Assembly: GCA_032718475.1 (NCBI GenBank)
Contig: JAUCBJ010004737.1
Span: forward strand, 1 to 64,000
DNA length: 64,000 nt
Direction: 5' to 3'
Source of the DNA: Nemertoderma westbladi
Lineage: Eukaryota; Animalia; Xenacoelomorpha
The position numbers were made by a program, and so were the translations under genes. Under the pieces are notes generated by a model. The model saw only the letters and a list, made by a program, of their open reading frames with translations. It had not been told where the DNA came from and did not search any database. Shown piece after piece: positions 60,098-64,000 of the stretch (within the stretch, counting starts at the first letter, position 1; each line of letters opens with the position of its first letter).

Positions 60098-63000
60098 TGT
60101 AATGAGGGCCTTCTCCCTCTAACCCGGCTCTAGCACGGCTGCTATATTTGAACTGTCAACCAAACAATACAGCAATAATAAGCATGATATTTATTATCAA
60201 AGTATAATATTAATAAGCAGAGAATAAGAATATGTGATTCACTTAACTGTATAACAACCTACCGGTCGGCGGTCAACCGCTACCGGTACAAGCAGTAACC
60301 TACTTCGTATGGTACTGCAGTACTGCCTTCCTAGTCTGCTAGTCTACAACATAACTACATACAACATAACATAACTGCACTCTGTATTCTTGGTACCGAT
60401 CATACAGTACATTTCTATTACATCCGCCCCGTTATAAAAAGATCGACCCGATCTTTACAATAATAAAATAAATGAAATACATAATTAAATTAATTCATAA
60501 GTCACCAACAACCTTACTTTCAGTTTCGAAAATTCCAATGTTAACTATCAACACCTTAATTATTATAACCAAAGATAAAAAAAAATACACATATACCCAA
60601 TTCAACAATTAATAATTGCATCATTATTTAGTTATTATTACATATTGTTATACACCAATTAATGAATTATTCTTACAAACAACAAAAAAAAACTAAAAAT
60701 ATTACTAATTTATTTATTATCCCTACAATCTTCACAAAACCATAATTCTGAATCCGGTTCACCTTCTAACCCAACACAATGAAAATGGAACCATTCTAAA
60801 CAACCATCGCACCCAACCATTGATGGTCCTTCGTCAAACCATGGAATACCGCATATGGGGCACGGTAAAACATCTGTTTCACCATCAAAAGGTGGATTTT
60901 CCGTGCTGCGTGCAGCGTCTACTTCACGTCCTAATACTGCGTCAGTCGGTCGTGGAGTAATGGTTTCATTTGTGTGTAGTGATGGTAAGTAAGGACCTAC
61001 TCGCAATCTGACGTCATCTCGACTTATCGTTTTCGTTTTAGAATCTCTCATTCCACCAATTTTAACATTCTTTGAGTCCAATTCTACAACTCTAAATGGT
61101 CCAGAAAACTTTGGAGCAAGTTTCCTATCTGTCCCGGTTAAATCACTGTGATGTCTACACCACACGAGATCACCAACTTTAATTAGTTCGTCACGTACAT
61201 TCTTATTATAATTTCGTTTCTGTGTCAACTGTGCTCTGCCTATGCATTCCTTCGCCAATTTCCAAATCTCCGTCATCTGTTCTCCTATTATCTGGGCTCG
61301 CTCATCAGGTTTAATATTATTTGATGTCCTTATAATCAAGTTATCTACGGGACGTCTAGCTTCATAACCATGTAATGTATAAAAAGGTGTTTGGTTCGTC
61401 GACGTGTGAATTGTATTATTATATGCAAATTGCGTCATTAATAACAATTCGTCCCAATTCCTCGACTTGTGATCTGTCAATGTCCGTAATAGTCTAATGA
61501 CAGTCTGAATAGTCCGTTCAGCCAACCCATCAGCCTGTGGATGGTATGGGACTGTAAATGTCTTCAATGATCTACATCGTTTCGTAATTTCATCTATTAA
61601 CGTCGACCTAAAATTCGGTCCTTGATCTGATAATAATAATTCTGGTGCACCAAATCTCAACACAATTCGATTAATAAATGCACTAGCTGTTTCAGCAGCT
61701 GTTGAATTAAATAAAGGCACAAATTCACAATATTTACTTAAATAATCAACAAAAATACCAATGTCCTGGTAATTATTAAATGTGGGTCTAAAAGGTCAAA
61801 GGTAGATCAACACCAACTCGTTCAAATGGGCGATCTACTTGAATAGATTCCATCTCATATTTATTTCGAATATCTCTACACGTAGCACAAATATGACAAC
61901 TCTTATAAAATTTATCAACATCGCTATACATGCCTCTCCAATAATAAAATCGAAGCATTGTATTGTACATCTTGGTGGTCGCAAAATGACCAGCTGAACA
62001 ATTTTTGTGATATGCCTCTAGTAACACTGTCCGTAAACAACGTGGTACAACTGTAAGCAAATTAACTTTAAGTTGCCCTTTTACATGTTGTTTATAATAA
62101 AGCACATCATCATGTAATTCGTAAAACTGTGCTTCAGCTGTGATACGATAACATTCTTTCTTATTTTCAGGTAAAATACCGTCACTTAAATATATCATTA
62201 AAGGTTTGAGTTCAACATCTTGCAACTGTGTAATTCCTATATCTACCTTTAATGGCACTGTTTCTAGAACATTGATTTCTACACTATCTACACACACCTC
62301 TGAATCTACTTCTCGTTGTATGGTCTCTATGGGACACTTGCCAAATTCTTTATCTGGACAACACAATGGCGCCAATCTACTCATAGCATCAGCGTCTTTT
62401 TGTTTTGCACCTGGGCGATATCTAATTTCACAATTAAATTGTGTTAACCACATCGCCCATCGCGCTAATCTACCTTCTAAATGTTTTGCAGTTAATAAAT
62501 AAGTTAATGCACTATGATCAGTATAAACAATAAATCTGCGTCCATACAAATAAGGACGGAAATGTTTTACAGCCCAAATAACACCTAAACATTCCAAATG
62601 ACTGATACCATAATTTACTTCGCTTCCATGCAACACTCGTGAAGCATATGCCACTGGTTGCGGTTTATTATTACTGTTCAATTGAGCTAAAATTGCTCCT
62701 AGTCCTGTATGACATGCATCTGTGTGTAAATAAAAATCATTATCAAAATCGGGGTGAATCAAACAAGGAGTGTTCGTAAGTGCTTGTTTGATATCAATAA
62801 ATGCACTCTGCTGTCCAGAACCCCACACAAAAGTAGTACTGTTTTTCATTAATTCAGTCATCGGTCGTAATCTATGAGCACAATGTGGTATGTAAATACG
62901 GTAATATGAGGCTAAACCTGTAAAACAACGCACATCCTTTTTACACTTAGGTTCGCTCAAATCTAACAATTTTTGCACAGTTTCAATATCTGGTTGCCTT

Positions 63001-64000
63001 CCATTAATATCTACAGTATGACCCAAATACGTAATTCGAGACATTATAAAATAGCATTTCTTTAACTTCAACTTAATACCAATACGACCTAGGGCTTGCA
63101 ATACCTCATCTAATCGATGGTTATGCTCAGAAATCGTATAAGCCCATACTAAAATGTCATCTAAATAAACTAAACAAGTAATAAATTGTAACCCTGTTAA
63201 AGCTGTGTCCATCACACGCTGCCATGTCGGGGGCGCGTTAATTAATCCAAACGGCATACGTTTGAATTGATATGACCCTTTGCCATGTCAAGTTGCCCTG
63301 TAACCAACATTCGACTTCGAGCAGGAATCGTAACTATTTCATTACACCAAACAGTAGCAATTTCGGACTCACCAATTGATCTAGTTATCATCTCTGCTGG
63401 TATTTGTTTACCATCTATGTAAACAGCTATATCATCAGGATTAGTCAAATCCATCATACACCTAAATCCTGCCATTAAATCTAATCCAATCAAAATGTCA
63501 TATTTACAATATGAGTCAAGTAATAGATCAACTTCATGAGTTATATCACCTAATTTCAATGGAACTGTAACCACACCTGCAATGTCTAAAGGATGACCTG
63601 AAGCAGACTTTGGTGCAAAGGGTGGTTGCCCCATCTTAAATTTACTCTTCTTTTTCATCTGTAACTTATAAAGTACTGATTTCTGCATTAGTGAAATTTC
63701 ACTTCCACTGTCTATGAGAGCTTTGAATGTATTTCCTTGTATTTCGATAGAAACTACAGCCCGTCTGAGATATTGCCCAGCGAATCTACTTCCATTAGCT
63801 TTACTGTTATCAACCGAAATTCTGGCAGAATCTGCCTCTGTTGCTTTGATTTGTTCTTCCTTAATTTCACGGAAATCATCTTTATGTATTTTCAAATCAT
63901 CCTGACCAACTTGAACTAAATTACATTTCACATGTTTATTATCCGTACTATTAACATTACTAAATTAATTTCTATTTGTATCTCTCAGTTTAGTATCATC
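60098..64000 (-). mobile_element. Ty3/Gypsy LTR retrotransposon (3' part; continues beyond the window) inserted into the BEL 5' LTR
   Basis: 3' LTR 60098-60422 (tgtaat...attaca) with PPT ggggcgga adjacent. Domain order is PR-RT-RH-IN. Confidence 0.9.
60710..63931 (-). pseudogene. Gypsy pol (PR, partial RT, RNase H, integrase with C-terminal PHD finger); internal deletion and frameshift
   Basis: PR ALIDSGSEIS; RT MPFGLINAP..YLDDILV, with the N-terminal half missing (junction ~63285); RH HTDACHTGLGAIL..YTDHSAL; IN H..GH..C, SDQGPNF, YHPQADGLAER and KFSGPF; PHD at 60725-60862. The frame breaks at ~61720-61790. Confidence 0.88.

Overview
AT-rich, intron- and transposon-dense eukaryotic (animal, most likely invertebrate) genomic DNA; the organism cannot be identified from the sequence. 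There are two host genes, arranged head-to-head. The first is a complete 11-exon Cys-loop ligand-gated anion channel subunit (minus strand, 30236->2292, about 522 aa, reconstructed by hand). The second is the 5' part (TM1-TM4) of a strongly divergent SLC6 transporter (plus strand, 38645->46316 and onward). Introns and intergenic DNA hold an intact Sola1-type DNA transposon, a non-autonomous CACTA/EnSpm-like element with a PWWP-domain cargo, a decayed MULE, several LINE fragments (CR1/L2-, CRE- and RTE-like), a SINE and a MITE. A DINE-1/HINE-like element carries a (GTC)600 expansion and an array of CTCF-like motifs. The last 15 kb is a nest of three LTR elements. The most unusual items are a BEL/Pao element that lacks RT/RNase H but carries an extra ~866-codon ORF (DEDD 3'-5' exonuclease-like plus CCHC knuckles) and repeated cUUCGg hairpins in its LTR, and a Gypsy element whose integrase ends in a TAF3/ING-like PHD finger. 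All domain calls are by-eye motif recognition, not database searches.
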